Below the pieces are notes generated by a model that did not search any database, was not told where the DNA came from, and worked only from the letters and a program-made list of their open reading frames with translations. From contig CAZIEY010000003.1 in the NCBI GenBank assembly GCA_964538855.1, positions 34,435 through 98,434 of the forward strand: DNA of 64,000 nt, written 5' to 3'. A program made the translations under genes and the position numbers. Shown piece by piece: positions 31,272-41,512 of the stretch. How positions within the stretch are numbered: the first letter of the stretch is position 1; the number at the start of each line of letters is the position of its first letter. The DNA comes from an uncultured Candidatus Saccharibacteria bacterium (lineage in GTDB: Bacteria > Patescibacteriota > Minisyncoccia > Phycocordibacterales > JAACPR01).

Positions 31272-32501
31272 ATGAAAAAAAACCTTCCATATCATCCACC
31301 TCAAAAGGTTCTTGAAAATTACGCCAAAGTTTTGGTGAACTTTGCTTTGAACGGATGCAAGGGCATTAAAAAAGGTGATGTTGTTGCTGTTTTTGCGAGC
31401 GAGGCCTCAAAACCACTTTACGCAGAAATTCTGAAAGCAATTTGGAAAAGTGGTGGGCATGTAATTCAGAGATATTCTCCTGATAATGAGTCTTGGTTTA
31501 AATTTGATCGCGCATTTTTTGAACATGCCGAGGATCATCAAATCGACTTTTTCCCAGCAAAATTTTCAAAGGGATTGGTTGACGAGATTGATCATAGCCT
31601 TTTTATCATCTCAGAAACCGATAAAAAATCGCTTCAAGGGATTGACTCGAAAAAAATTATGCGTCGAGGAGCGGCTCATAAACCATACATGGATTGGCGC
31701 CGCGAAAAAGAGAATCTTGGTAAATTTACTTGGTCTCTTGCAATGTATGGAACGCCTGCGATGGCTGCCGAAGCGCGACTTTCCCAAAAAGAATATTGGG
31801 GTCAAATTATCAACGCCTGTTTTTTGAATGATAAAAATCCAATCAAAAAATGGCAGGACTTGTACAAAAAGCTTGAACATTATAAGAGCCGTCTCAACAA
31901 ATTGGATGTCGAGAAATATCATGTGCAGGGTAAGGACGTCGATTTGTGGATCGCGGCAGGTAAAGATCGTCGTTGGATTGGTGGACGCGGTGCAAATATT
32001 CCGAGCTTCGAACTTTTTACTTCACCAGATTGGCGGGGCACAAACGGCTGGATTAAATTCAACCAACCGCTTTACCGATATGGAAATTTGATTACAGGTG
32101 TGGAATTGGAATTTAAAGATGGTCGGGTGATAAAAAGCAAGGCTCGCACCAATGAAAAAGTTTTGAAAAGTATGATCGCTACCGAAAATGCAGATAAAGT
32201 CGGAGAATTTTCTATGACCGACCGTCGATTTTCACGTATCACCAAATTTATGGCGGAAACCTTGTACGATGAAAATGTGGGTGGACCTTTTGGTAACACT
32301 CACATTGCGCTCGGATCTGCATATCATGATTGCTATACGGGCGACACTTCGAAAATGTCTAAAAAAGATTGGGCGAAACTCGGTTTTAACGATTCGTCGG
32401 TACACACTGATATTGTTTCGACGACTGACCGTACAGTAACCGCACATCTTCGTGACGGTACTCAAAAAGTGATTTATAAAAATGGAATGTATCAGGTTTA
32501 A
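31272..32501 (+). CDS. aminopeptidase, M29 family
   Basis: NIPSFELFTSP, LYDEN, HIALGSAY, NDSSVHTD. Confidence 0.93.
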   Translation: MKKNLPYHPPQKVLENYAKVLVNFALNGCKGIKKGDVVAVFASEASKPLYAEILKAIWKSGGHVIQRYSPDNESWFKFDRAFFEHAEDHQIDFFPAKFSKGLVDEIDHSLFIISETDKKSLQGIDSKKIMRRGAAHKPYMDWRREKENLGKFTWSLAMYGTPAMAAEARLSQKEYWGQIINACFLNDKNPIKKWQDLYKKLEHYKSRLNKLDVEKYHVQGKDVDLWIAAGKDRRWIGGRGANIPSFELFTSPDWRGTNGWIKFNQPLYRYGNLITGVELEFKDGRVIKSKARTNEKVLKSMIATENADKVGEFSMTDRRFSRITKFMAETLYDENVGGPFGNTHIALGSAYHDCYTGDTSKMSKKDWAKLGFNDSSVHTDIVSTTDRTVTAHLRDGTQKVIYKNGMYQV

Positions 32502-32574
32502 TTACTGCACAAGATGCGATGATACGAGGCCAATCTCGGCTATTGGCTCTATTTTTTGATATACTATTTTGTAC

Positions 32575-33519
32575 ATGGAAAAGAAAAAATCTTCTACGGT
32601 GTGGATTGTGATTATTGTAGGCGTGCTCATCGTTGGCTTTGTGGCATTTATTTTGAATGTGGTGAATGGAGACAAGCACAGAGATAGGGATGATCGTGGG
32701 GACGTTCCTGAAGAAGAAGCTGCACATAATACGCCTGCGTTTGCGACATATACGATAGAAGGAAATCAATTTACGTTGCGCGATGGTATTGCATCACATA
32801 CAAGCATTTTAAATTCGGCGGTTGGTGAAACAGTCGCGCTCATGGGCGAACCTACTGTAGTCGATGTCACCGGCGATGGGAATAAAGACGCAATAGTTAT
32901 TTTAAAACATGAACCTGGCGGCACAGGATCCTTTTACTATGTGGCTGTAGCATTTCGACAGGACGATACATACGTGACTTCCTCTGCAATATTATTAGGT
33001 GATCGAGTAGTGATATCTGGCGTGGATACAACCGGGGAAGGTTTTAATGTGCGATATCTTGATCGTCGTCTGGACCAGGATTTCTCTGTCCAACCTACAA
33101 TACCAATCACGGCGCGGTTTGCTGTAAATAAACAGACACTTTCCGTTAAACGAATGGTGGATGTTGCGCCATCACAAATGTCAAATGCCGACAAACTTTT
33201 GGGTGCACCATGGCGATGGGTAAAAACAGACATTGCACACAAGATCGACACCCCGTTGAGACCGAATGTATTTTCTCTTACATTCAATTTAGATGGTACG
33301 TTTTCAGTCACAACCGATTGTAATTCAATGGGTGGTATGTACACCGCGACTCATACTATCTTACAGTTGTCGAATATACATTCGACAATGATGGTCTGTG
33401 AAGGAAGTCAGGAAAGCAATTTCGTCCGAATGTTGCCTTCGACTCAGACATATCGATTTGATGCATTAAATTATCTTGTACTTGAATTTTATGGAGGTGA
33501 AACACATCTGACTAGGTAG
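32575..33519 (+). CDS. membrane-anchored META domain protein
   Basis: TDCNSMGG, STMMVCEG; PGGTGSFYY. Confidence 0.8.
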   Translation: MEKKKSSTVWIVIIVGVLIVGFVAFILNVVNGDKHRDRDDRGDVPEEEAAHNTPAFATYTIEGNQFTLRDGIASHTSILNSAVGETVALMGEPTVVDVTGDGNKDAIVILKHEPGGTGSFYYVAVAFRQDDTYVTSSAILLGDRVVISGVDTTGEGFNVRYLDRRLDQDFSVQPTIPITARFAVNKQTLSVKRMVDVAPSQMSNADKLLGAPWRWVKTDIAHKIDTPLRPNVFSLTFNLDGTFSVTTDCNSMGGMYTATHTILQLSNIHSTMMVCEGSQESNFVRMLPSTQTYRFDALNYLVLEFYGGETHLTR

Positions 33520-33537
33520 CATGGTATAATATTTGAT

Positions 33538-34176
33538 ATGAAACACACAAAAATCATCGATGCGTTGCAATGGCGTTACGCTACCAAGATTTTTAATAAA
33601 GATGCCAAAGTGCAAGTATCTGATCTCCGCACTATTTTAGAAAGTGCACGCTTGTCGCCAAGTTCATTTGGTGTTGAAGCTTGGAAATTTATTGTCGTTG
33701 AGAATCCAGAACTTCGCGCGAAGTTGCGTGCCGCTGCGTATGATCAACCAAAAGTAACAGACGCATCACATCTTGTTGTGCTTGCACGCAGAACTGATTC
33801 TGAAAATATTGTGCCAGAATTAATCGCCCGAACTGCGGCTGCGCAAGGAAAAACCGAAGATGATTTGTCAGGACTTAAAAAAATGGTCGATACTACGGTG
33901 ACTTACAAACATGCTGCAAACCTTTTTGACACATGGACTGCTGCGCAGACTTATATCGCGCTTGGGATGATGGTGGAGACAGCGTCGCTTCTCGGAATTG
34001 ATAATGGACCAATGGAAGGGTTTGATGCTGCGCGTGTGGATGAAATTCTTGGTCTCAATGCCAAAAATCTGGCGAGTGTTACAATGCTTGCGCTTGGGTA
34101 TCGTGGTGATGATCCATATGCACAAATTCCGAAAACCAGACGCGATTTTGATGAGGTCGTAGAGTTTATTAAATAG
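33538..34176 (+). CDS. NAD(P)H nitroreductase (NfsB-like)
   Basis: WRYATKIF, LSPSSFG, PMEGFD, LGYR. Confidence 0.93.
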   Translation: MKHTKIIDALQWRYATKIFNKDAKVQVSDLRTILESARLSPSSFGVEAWKFIVVENPELRAKLRAAAYDQPKVTDASHLVVLARRTDSENIVPELIARTAAAQGKTEDDLSGLKKMVDTTVTYKHAANLFDTWTAAQTYIALGMMVETASLLGIDNGPMEGFDAARVDEILGLNAKNLASVTMLALGYRGDDPYAQIPKTRRDFDEVVEFIK

Positions 34177-34222
34177 TTGGGGAGGACTCGCTTTTCTCGA
34201 CATTTTTTGGTAGTATTGTCAA

Positions 34223-35833
34223 ATGTTAAAGGTCTCAAATTTAGTTAAATATTTCGGAGATGAACTTATCTTGAATAAGGTTTCTTTCAACGTGGAGAAG
34301 GGAAATAAGATTGCACTTGTTGGTTTTAATGGTACAGGCAAGACCACGCTTTTGAAATTGCTCGCGGGGATCGATGTGGACAAGCTTGGTTCAATTCAAT
34401 ATCATCCAAAGGCGACGATTGCGTTTTTACCACAAGATCCGAACTTTTATGACAAGCAAAATGTGGCGACATATTTGGAAAGTTACGTGAGTGGCGATGA
34501 AAAGTTATCCGAAGAAGCTCGCGAGGTTTTGTTCCGTAATATCGAAATAATGTTTGCAGGTTTTGCCTTACCAACTGAAACGAAAGAGAAAAAAATTGGA
34601 CAGCTGTCGAGTGGTCAAAAAACCAAAGTCTTCCTCACGGCGATTTTGCTCAAAAAAGCGGATTTGATGTTACTTGACGAACCAACGAATAATCTCGATT
34701 TGCCAGCTTTGATTTGGCTTGAAGATTTCTTGAATAAGACAGAATCGGCTTTTATTGTTGTCTCGCACGATAAAAAATTCCTCGACAATGTTTCAAATAA
34801 AGTTTTTGAAATTGATTGGAATACGCACGATTTGAAAATTACGGCTGGAAAATATTCTGATTATTTGGTCCAGAAATCAAAGGAATTCAAGCGCCAAGAC
34901 AAAAAACACGATTTACAACAGGACGAATTCCGACGACTCGGCGCGCTTGCGAACGACAAGAAAGAGAAGGGTAAAAAGGGTATGAAGTGGAAGGGTAATG
35001 ACAACGACAAAATTTTGCGTGGCTTCAAACGTAATCGCGCAGCGAACAGCTTGAAGGATGCGAAAGTTATTTATAATCGCATGGATCGCATGGAAGTTGT
35101 CGATAAACCGATTGCTCGTAAAGATTTTCTTATCGACATAAACCAAGGTGATGCAAGTCCTGCACGCGACATTACATTCCTCGATGTTGTCTGTGGTTAC
35201 AATGATGATGCAGGAGAATTCGAAATCGGTCCACTCAATTTCTCGATTCCGTTCGGTAGTCGTGTATGTATTTTGGGTCTTAATGGTTCTGGAAAAACGA
35301 CGCTTTTGAAAACGATTACGGGCGGTGTTGCGCCAATGTCTGGTGAATTGACTGTGCAGGATGGTGTGAAATTTGGTAACTTGATGCAAGAACACGAGAC
35401 GTTGCCTCGCGATAAATCAGCGGTGCAATTTTTGATGGGTCATACACACCTCGAGACAAAACAAATCGGTGAACATTTGTATCGATTCGGTTTCAACGAA
35501 TTTCAAATTAACAAAAAGATAAAGTTCTTGTCACCAGGTGGGCGAGCTCGACTTATTCTTGCGTACTTCTCATTGATGCATATCAACACGCTTGTGCTCG
35601 ATGAACCTACAAACCACCTCGACCTCGAAGCGGGTGAAGCTCTCGAAAAATCTCTCAAGGAATTCGCCGGTTCTGTCATTACTGTCACTCACGATCGATT
35701 TTTTGTGGAACGCGCGCGTATGGATGTGCTCTATCTTTTGCAAGACGGTAAATTAAACCGCATCGAAAATTTCGCTGCCTATGTCGCCGACATGGAGAAG
35801 CGTTCGAGAAAATTGTTGCGATTGTTGAAGTAA
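34223..35833 (+). CDS. ABC-F family ATPase
   Basis: Two ABC cassettes (GFNGTGKT and GLNGSGKT; LDEPTN twice), no TM segment. Confidence 0.92.
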   Translation: MLKVSNLVKYFGDELILNKVSFNVEKGNKIALVGFNGTGKTTLLKLLAGIDVDKLGSIQYHPKATIAFLPQDPNFYDKQNVATYLESYVSGDEKLSEEAREVLFRNIEIMFAGFALPTETKEKKIGQLSSGQKTKVFLTAILLKKADLMLLDEPTNNLDLPALIWLEDFLNKTESAFIVVSHDKKFLDNVSNKVFEIDWNTHDLKITAGKYSDYLVQKSKEFKRQDKKHDLQQDEFRRLGALANDKKEKGKKGMKWKGNDNDKILRGFKRNRAANSLKDAKVIYNRMDRMEVVDKPIARKDFLIDINQGDASPARDITFLDVVCGYNDDAGEFEIGPLNFSIPFGSRVCILGLNGSGKTTLLKTITGGVAPMSGELTVQDGVKFGNLMQEHETLPRDKSAVQFLMGHTHLETKQIGEHLYRFGFNEFQINKKIKFLSPGGRARLILAYFSLMHINTLVLDEPTNHLDLEAGEALEKSLKEFAGSVITVTHDRFFVERARMDVLYLLQDGKLNRIENFAAYVADMEKRSRKLLRLLK

Positions 35834-35834
35834 G

Positions 35835-36962
35835 TTAGTTACTCGACTTAATCTCTACGAGCACCCCATTTCTCACCTCGAATATTTTTACTGGTGTCTT
35901 TGCAACGGTGTGTTCTGAAGTAATTTCAAATCGTCCATTAAGCGTTTCGAATGAATGTGTTTCTATGTATGCCGGCACATCTTTTTTGTCGCTAGTATGT
36001 GCAATTGCTTCGGCAAGCATATAGATCGAATCGTAACTTTTATTAGCACCTCGTCGTGGCATTTCTCCGTATTTCGCAAAAAATGCTTTGCTAAATTCAT
36101 CAGATGGAATTTCCCAGTCGATCATGAGCGCACCTTCGAGATCTGCCTTATCTAACTCTTTGTTATTCACCACGTCGCGTAGTGTGGTATAACCGATAAT
36201 TGGTTTTGTGAAGCCGAGATTTTTTGCAATACTGAGGTACTTGATAATATCGAAATCGAGCATATCAAGAAACACCGCATCCATTTCCTCGTCTTTAATT
36301 TTTAAAACATTTGTTCGGAAATCACTCGTGCCTATACCCAAGTAAGTTTCAGTAATGAGAGGTGTGCTATTAACTTTTTTCATAATTGTCTCGAGCGTAG
36401 TTTGAATAGACTTAGAAAATCCAGACTCAAAACGAATCATACCAAGGTGTTGGATATTTCTGTCTCGAATGACACTCTCTAGTTCACTAATGACTTCGTC
36501 AAATTTTGGATACATGACAAAAGAGTACGAATTCATCTCAAGTGTCTCATCAATCGCAAAATTAACCGGTGACACGAGTGTGATTTGATTTTGCTCTGTG
36601 ATCGGAATGAGGGGTTGCAACGTGAAATCAAATATTCCGCCAATCACCGCGCTTACATTATTAACGTCGACCAATTTACGATACGCTGACAGGGAAGTTT
36701 TCGGATCAGTTGCGTCATCTTCAATTGAAAGTTCTACGAGTCTACCATTTACACCACCTCTCGTATTAATTTCATCGACTGCCATTTCCATCGCTTTTTT
36801 GGACATCGCACCGAAATCAGCTGCTACACCAGTCAGGGAAATAGATGCACCGATTTTAATAGGGGAGTTGTTCGCGACCTTAACATTTTTGTTGTAATTA
36901 AAAGCAAATCCAATAATTAGCACAACCGCAATCACCGCAATAATTTTGTTTATTTTTGTCAT
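35835..36962 (-). CDS. LivJ/LivK-type substrate-binding protein 1
   Basis: IKIGASISLTG, AVDEINTRGGVNGR, DFRT; N-terminal anchor. Confidence 0.9.
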   Translation of the reverse strand: MTKINKIIAVIAVVLIIGFAFNYNKNVKVANNSPIKIGASISLTGVAADFGAMSKKAMEMAVDEINTRGGVNGRLVELSIEDDATDPKTSLSAYRKLVDVNNVSAVIGGIFDFTLQPLIPITEQNQITLVSPVNFAIDETLEMNSYSFVMYPKFDEVISELESVIRDRNIQHLGMIRFESGFSKSIQTTLETIMKKVNSTPLITETYLGIGTSDFRTNVLKIKDEEMDAVFLDMLDFDIIKYLSIAKNLGFTKPIIGYTTLRDVVNNKELDKADLEGALMIDWEIPSDEFSKAFFAKYGEMPRRGANKSYDSIYMLAEAIAHTSDKKDVPAYIETHSFETLNGRFEITSEHTVAKTPVKIFEVRNGVLVEIKSSN

Positions 36963-37048
36963 AATTTTTTATCTATTGCACATCATGCTACCTCATGGTA
37001 TATTAATTGTACATTATTCGTCGAATTTCGAAAAATAACCATAAAGTC

Positions 37049-37843
37049 ATGACAAATATACAAACTACTTTGGAAGGTCTTGGCATCAAGGGAACTGCCC
37101 AGACAGTTTTTAGTTATCTTGTTGAAAACGGCGTTTCGCCAGTTGCAAAAATTGCCTCAGGAATTCGCACTCCAAAATCTTCCATTTACAGCGCACTCGA
37201 AGAATTGGGTTCAATGGGTTTGATTATCGAATACAGTGAAAATCGAAGCAAAGAATATGGCATCATCGACGAGCAGCAACTCAAAGATTTGATTGATCAG
37301 CAAGTTCGCAACATGAAATCACATGAAAAAGCGCTGCTCGATTTTATGCAAAACTCTCATCAAAGTTCGCAAACAATCAAACCGAAAATCAAATTTTATA
37401 CTGGTATCGAGGGTATTCGCCAATCGTTTCGTGACATGCCTTGGCATAAAAATTGTAGAGAGACATACGTGATGTGGTCGACGAAAGACATGGTCGATAT
37501 TTTGACGCCCGAATTTAGCGAGTGGCACAGCTCGAAAAGATTGAAATATAAAATTATGCTTAATGCTATTCGTAAATACTCTGACAGAGCCATGAACGAC
37601 GATCCACAGAATAAAAAGTTGTTGCAAAGCGAAGCTTGGACTGCCCAGAGAGAAGTGCGATATGCTCCAAAAAATACTGAATGGACCATGAGCTATTGGA
37701 TTTATGGCGACAAGTGCCATTTTTCGAGTGGCGCTGGCGAAAAGTTTGCTTTCATTATTCATAGTCAGGAATTTGCCGATCTTATGCTTGTTTTGTGGCA
37801 AAATATATGGAAAGTTTCGACCCTCGATTTTGTGGCGAAGTGA
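37049..37843 (+). CDS. TrmB-family transcriptional regulator 1
   Basis: N-terminal wHTH (PKSSIYSALEEL..MGLI), PKIKFYTGIEGI linker. Confidence 0.85.
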   Translation: MTNIQTTLEGLGIKGTAQTVFSYLVENGVSPVAKIASGIRTPKSSIYSALEELGSMGLIIEYSENRSKEYGIIDEQQLKDLIDQQVRNMKSHEKALLDFMQNSHQSSQTIKPKIKFYTGIEGIRQSFRDMPWHKNCRETYVMWSTKDMVDILTPEFSEWHSSKRLKYKIMLNAIRKYSDRAMNDDPQNKKLLQSEAWTAQREVRYAPKNTEWTMSYWIYGDKCHFSSGAGEKFAFIIHSQEFADLMLVLWQNIWKVSTLDFVAK

Positions 37844-37881
37844 GTTTGCTTTCACGCTGGGGCAATAGTAATATTGTATAT

Positions 37882-39006
37882 ATGAAAAAAGCAATATGGG
37901 GAGCAGTAATTTTAATAGTAATTGTGCTTTTAGTGGTTTCTAATAAGAAGGACAATAGCGATAAAGGACCAATTAGAATTGGTTTTATTTCACCATTATC
38001 AGGTGACGCTGCATCATATGGTGATCCAGTTAAAAAGGGTGTTGAAATTGCCGTCGATGAAATTAATATGAAGGGTGGCGTTGATGGGCGACCATTCGAA
38101 GTCATTTATGAGGATGGTAAATGTAACAATAAAGACGCGACTAGTGCCGCTCAAAAATTGATTTCAATCGATAAGGTTAAAGTTATTATTGGTATGATAT
38201 GCAGTGGTGAATTATTGTCTGCTGCACCAGTTGCTGAAACTGCAAAAGTTATTTTGATTGGTCAAGGCTCGAGCCCAGATATTACAAAGGCCGGCGATTA
38301 TATCTTTAGAACTTTCCCGAGTGATTCTCAGGTTGGTGTGGCTCTTGTCGATCACATGCTTACAAAGAAGTTTGAGAAAGTTGCTGTGGTATCTGGCAGT
38401 TCCGCATACTCAATTGGTTTGAAAAACTTTTTCCTTGATGTAGCGAAGGAAAAGAATCTCGATGTTGTTTTTTCAGAAGATACTCTTGCTGATACGGTTG
38501 ACTTTAGAACTATTTTACAAAAAGTTAAAGTCACAAATCCATCTGCTTTGTTTGTAAATCCACAAACTGGGCAGGCAGCAGCTCGTATGGTTGAGCAGGC
38601 AAGAGCGTTAGGAATTAACTCCCAATTCTACGGAGCTTACTTTACAGGACCGGAATTTATCAAGATCGGTGCGGCAGTAGAAGGGACATTTATTGCAGAT
38701 GCACCTTCGCTTGATTCTTCAAACCCACGAATCGTCTCATTTAAGGAAGCAACACAAAAGAGATATGGTTCAGAACCTGATTACCTATTCTTTGGAGCAA
38801 ATGCGTACGATCAGGTGTATTTAACCGCGGCCATGTTTAAAGAGGTTGGTACTGAAAACACTGATAAAATGAAAGCGTGGTTATATGGAGTTAAAGATTT
38901 TGACGGTATTTCTGGCAAATTTGGTTTCGATTCAAATGGTGATGTGACAGGGATTAGTATGCGATTGGTCCAGGTAAAGAATGGAGAAATCGTACCTGCT
39001 CAGTAG
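37882..39006 (+). CDS. LivJ/LivK-type substrate-binding protein 2
   Basis: IRIGFISPLSG, EDGKC, YIFRTFPSD, DFRT. Confidence 0.92.
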   Translation: MKKAIWGAVILIVIVLLVVSNKKDNSDKGPIRIGFISPLSGDAASYGDPVKKGVEIAVDEINMKGGVDGRPFEVIYEDGKCNNKDATSAAQKLISIDKVKVIIGMICSGELLSAAPVAETAKVILIGQGSSPDITKAGDYIFRTFPSDSQVGVALVDHMLTKKFEKVAVVSGSSAYSIGLKNFFLDVAKEKNLDVVFSEDTLADTVDFRTILQKVKVTNPSALFVNPQTGQAAARMVEQARALGINSQFYGAYFTGPEFIKIGAAVEGTFIADAPSLDSSNPRIVSFKEATQKRYGSEPDYLFFGANAYDQVYLTAAMFKEVGTENTDKMKAWLYGVKDFDGISGKFGFDSNGDVTGISMRLVQVKNGEIVPAQ

Positions 39007-39030
39007 GATAGTGTTGTATAATAGTCAGGC

Positions 39031-39903
39031 ATGTCCTCAATCATCCCGCAACTCATCGTCAATAGTATCATCGCTGGCTCGATTTATTCGCTCGTGGCGC
39101 TCGGCTTCAATTTGATTTTTGGAGCGACCAAGTTTTTCAATTTGGCGCACGGAGTGATTGTGACGATTGGTGGTTACGGCGTCTTTTTCTTGTCAAAGCA
39201 GATGGGGCTTGATGTCTCTCTTTCGATTTTTATTTCGGTCATTTTTGCGGGTCTCGTCGGTTACGCCACCGAAAAATTGATTTTCCAAAAGATGCGTAAT
39301 AAAAAAGCTTCGGGCATGATTATGCTCGTGGCGTCGCTTGGTCTTTTGACGGCGATTCAGGCGATTGTCGCAATTCTTTTCACGAGCCAATTCCAGACCC
39401 TCTCACGCAACGTCGGAACGACCCGCGTCTACGAAATTGGCGGAGGTATTATCACACAAGTGCAGCTCATCATTTTGTGTACCTCGATTGCGATTATGGT
39501 GGTGCTCGGTCTCGTCATCAAGAAAACAAAATTCGGCAAGGCAGTCCAAGCAATCGGTGACGATGTAGAGGTCGCAAAGATCGTCGGTATCAACACGAAT
39601 AAAATTATCGGATATGTATTTTTCATTGGATCTGCTATTGCGGGAATTGCCGGTATTGCGGTTGGTTTTGACACTGGACTCGAGCCTGTCATGGGCTTGA
39701 ACCTGCTTTTGAAAGGCGTCATCGCATCAATTATCGGTGGTGTGGGTAGCGTGTCCGGTGGAGTTCTCGGCGCGTTTCTGCTCGGTTTCGTCGAAAACTT
39801 CGGTATTTGGAAAATTTCCGGTGAATGGAAAGATGCAATTGCGTTCGGGCTTCTCATTATCTTTTTGATTTTTAGACCTGATGGGATTTTTAAGAGGAAG
39901 TAA
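39031..39903 (+). CDS. livH: branched-chain amino acid ABC permease
   Basis: GSIYSLVALGFNLIFG..FFNLAHG, FRPDGIF. Confidence 0.93.
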   Translation: MSSIIPQLIVNSIIAGSIYSLVALGFNLIFGATKFFNLAHGVIVTIGGYGVFFLSKQMGLDVSLSIFISVIFAGLVGYATEKLIFQKMRNKKASGMIMLVASLGLLTAIQAIVAILFTSQFQTLSRNVGTTRVYEIGGGIITQVQLIILCTSIAIMVVLGLVIKKTKFGKAVQAIGDDVEVAKIVGINTNKIIGYVFFIGSAIAGIAGIAVGFDTGLEPVMGLNLLLKGVIASIIGGVGSVSGGVLGAFLLGFVENFGIWKISGEWKDAIAFGLLIIFLIFRPDGIFKRK

Positions 39904-40005
39904 TCTGCCGCATCTACGAATTCACATCTGAATTTATCCCAAGTCTAAAGAAAGACTTTAGAACTTTTTTAAAGAAACTTCATATCGAATTCGTATAATG
40001 GGCAG

Positions 40006-40542
40006 GTGTTTAATAAAGATGAGATTAACTCTAATAAGACAGGTCGTCTTGGAATTTTTATCGATGAAGCGAATTTGTATTATTCCCAAAAAACTTTGGG
40101 ATGGAAAATAGGGTACGAGGAGTTAAAGAATTATTTATCTGTTGGTACGGCTTCTCAATTACGAATATATATCGCCACTGTGAAAAATGGATTGAGTCAG
40201 ACAAATTTATTAAATAAATTAAAGAATTTAGATTTTACAATTATCTCTAAAAACCTTAAATTAATTAAGGCTTTAAATAGAGACTTGATTTCAAAGGGTA
40301 ATTTAGATATCGAACTCGCACTAGACGCGTATATACTAAAAGATTCTTTCGACACATTTGTTTTATTTTCAGGAGATTCGGATTTTGCGTATCTCGTTGA
40401 TTTACTTAAAAAAGAAGGTAAAAAGATAATTACATTTTCTACGAAGGAACATATTTCTAGAGAATTAATCACTCGTAGTGATTTGTATGTAGATTTGAGA
40501 AAATTGCGGAGCGAATTGGAATATCTTACGTCTGATGTATAA
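40006..40542 (+). CDS. NYN (LabA/DUF88, PIN-fold) nuclease 1
   Basis: FIDEANL, KGNLDIELALD, FSGDSDF; GTG start. Confidence 0.9.
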   Translation: MFNKDEINSNKTGRLGIFIDEANLYYSQKTLGWKIGYEELKNYLSVGTASQLRIYIATVKNGLSQTNLLNKLKNLDFTIISKNLKLIKALNRDLISKGNLDIELALDAYILKDSFDTFVLFSGDSDFAYLVDLLKKEGKKIITFSTKEHISRELITRSDLYVDLRKLRSELEYLTSDV

Positions 40543-40590
40543 GCAGCAAATCCTGCAAGTTTTGGCTCGCAGGATTCCTGTTTGTAACGC
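40541..40590 (-). ncRNA. putative small hairpin RNA convergent on NYN1
   Basis: Downstream of a minus-strand consensus promoter; stem AATCCTGCGAG/CTTGCAGGATT. Confidence 0.5.
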
Positions 40591-40596
40591 TCGTAT

Positions 40597-40624
40597 ATTA
40601 TAGCAACCTATTGTATAATGTCAA
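40597..40624 (-). promoter_or_regulatory. consensus sigma70 promoter facing the NYN1 3' end
   Basis: Minus strand TTGACA-16 nt-TATAAT with TGn extension. Confidence 0.7.
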
Positions 40625-40626
40625 AC

Positions 40627-41505
40627 ATGGAATATTTCATACACCTCGGCATATTAATCGCGATTTGGTCCATCTTGGCCTTCAGCTTGAACTTGGTTAT
40701 TGGCTACACTGGCCTGTTGTCGATTACGCACGCGGCATTTTTTGGAATCGGTGCGTACGGAACCGCGATCCTAATGACGGAGCATGACTGGAACTTTTTT
40801 ATGGCGGCACTCATCGGCGTAATTGTCTCGATGATTCTTGCGGGCATTTTCGGCATGATTTTGGGGCGCTTCAAGGGCGATTATTATGCGCTCGCCTCGT
40901 TCGGATTCAACATCATTGTGTTTAGTGTCTTCTTGAACTGGCAAGAACTGACTCGCGGACCTCTCGGCATTCCGGGCATTCATCGTCCAGAAATTGATCT
41001 CGGATTTTTTGATTTTGTGTTCAAGTCAAACATCAGCTTCCTCATTCTCGCCGCATTTACCGCGTGGATTGTGTACGTGATTTCGTGTTATATCGTTGAT
41101 TCTTCGTTCGGGCGCGTGCTCAAGGCGATTCGTGAGGACGAGCAGGCGATTTCGGTGTTCGGTTACAATACCGCCGTGTATAAAATGTTTATTTTCGTCA
41201 TCAGCGCAGGCCTCGCCGCGGTTGCAGGTGCACTCTTTGCGACATACATTACGTTCATCGATCCTTCGACATTCAGTCTCTCCGAATCGATTTTCATTCT
41301 CGCGGTTGTCATTCTCGGAGGTCTCGCCAATCACAAGGGCGTTTTCTGGGGCACAGTCTTTCTCATCCTTTTGCCCGAAATTTTGCGCTTCGTCGGCTTC
41401 CCGACAGACATCGCAGCCCAAATGCGCCAAGTCGTCTACGGTGTACTGCTCGTCGTTTTGATGATGTACAGACCGAATGGGTTGATGGGGGAATATAAGT
41501 TGTAG
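40627..41505 (+). CDS. livM: branched-chain amino acid ABC permease
   Basis: SLNLVIGYTGLLSITHAAFFGIGAY, LKAIREDE, YRPNGLMG. Confidence 0.93.
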   Translation: MEYFIHLGILIAIWSILAFSLNLVIGYTGLLSITHAAFFGIGAYGTAILMTEHDWNFFMAALIGVIVSMILAGIFGMILGRFKGDYYALASFGFNIIVFSVFLNWQELTRGPLGIPGIHRPEIDLGFFDFVFKSNISFLILAAFTAWIVYVISCYIVDSSFGRVLKAIREDEQAISVFGYNTAVYKMFIFVISAGLAAVAGALFATYITFIDPSTFSLSESIFILAVVILGGLANHKGVFWGTVFLILLPEILRFVGFPTDIAAQMRQVVYGVLLVVLMMYRPNGLMGEYKL

Positions 41506-41512
41506 AGACAAA

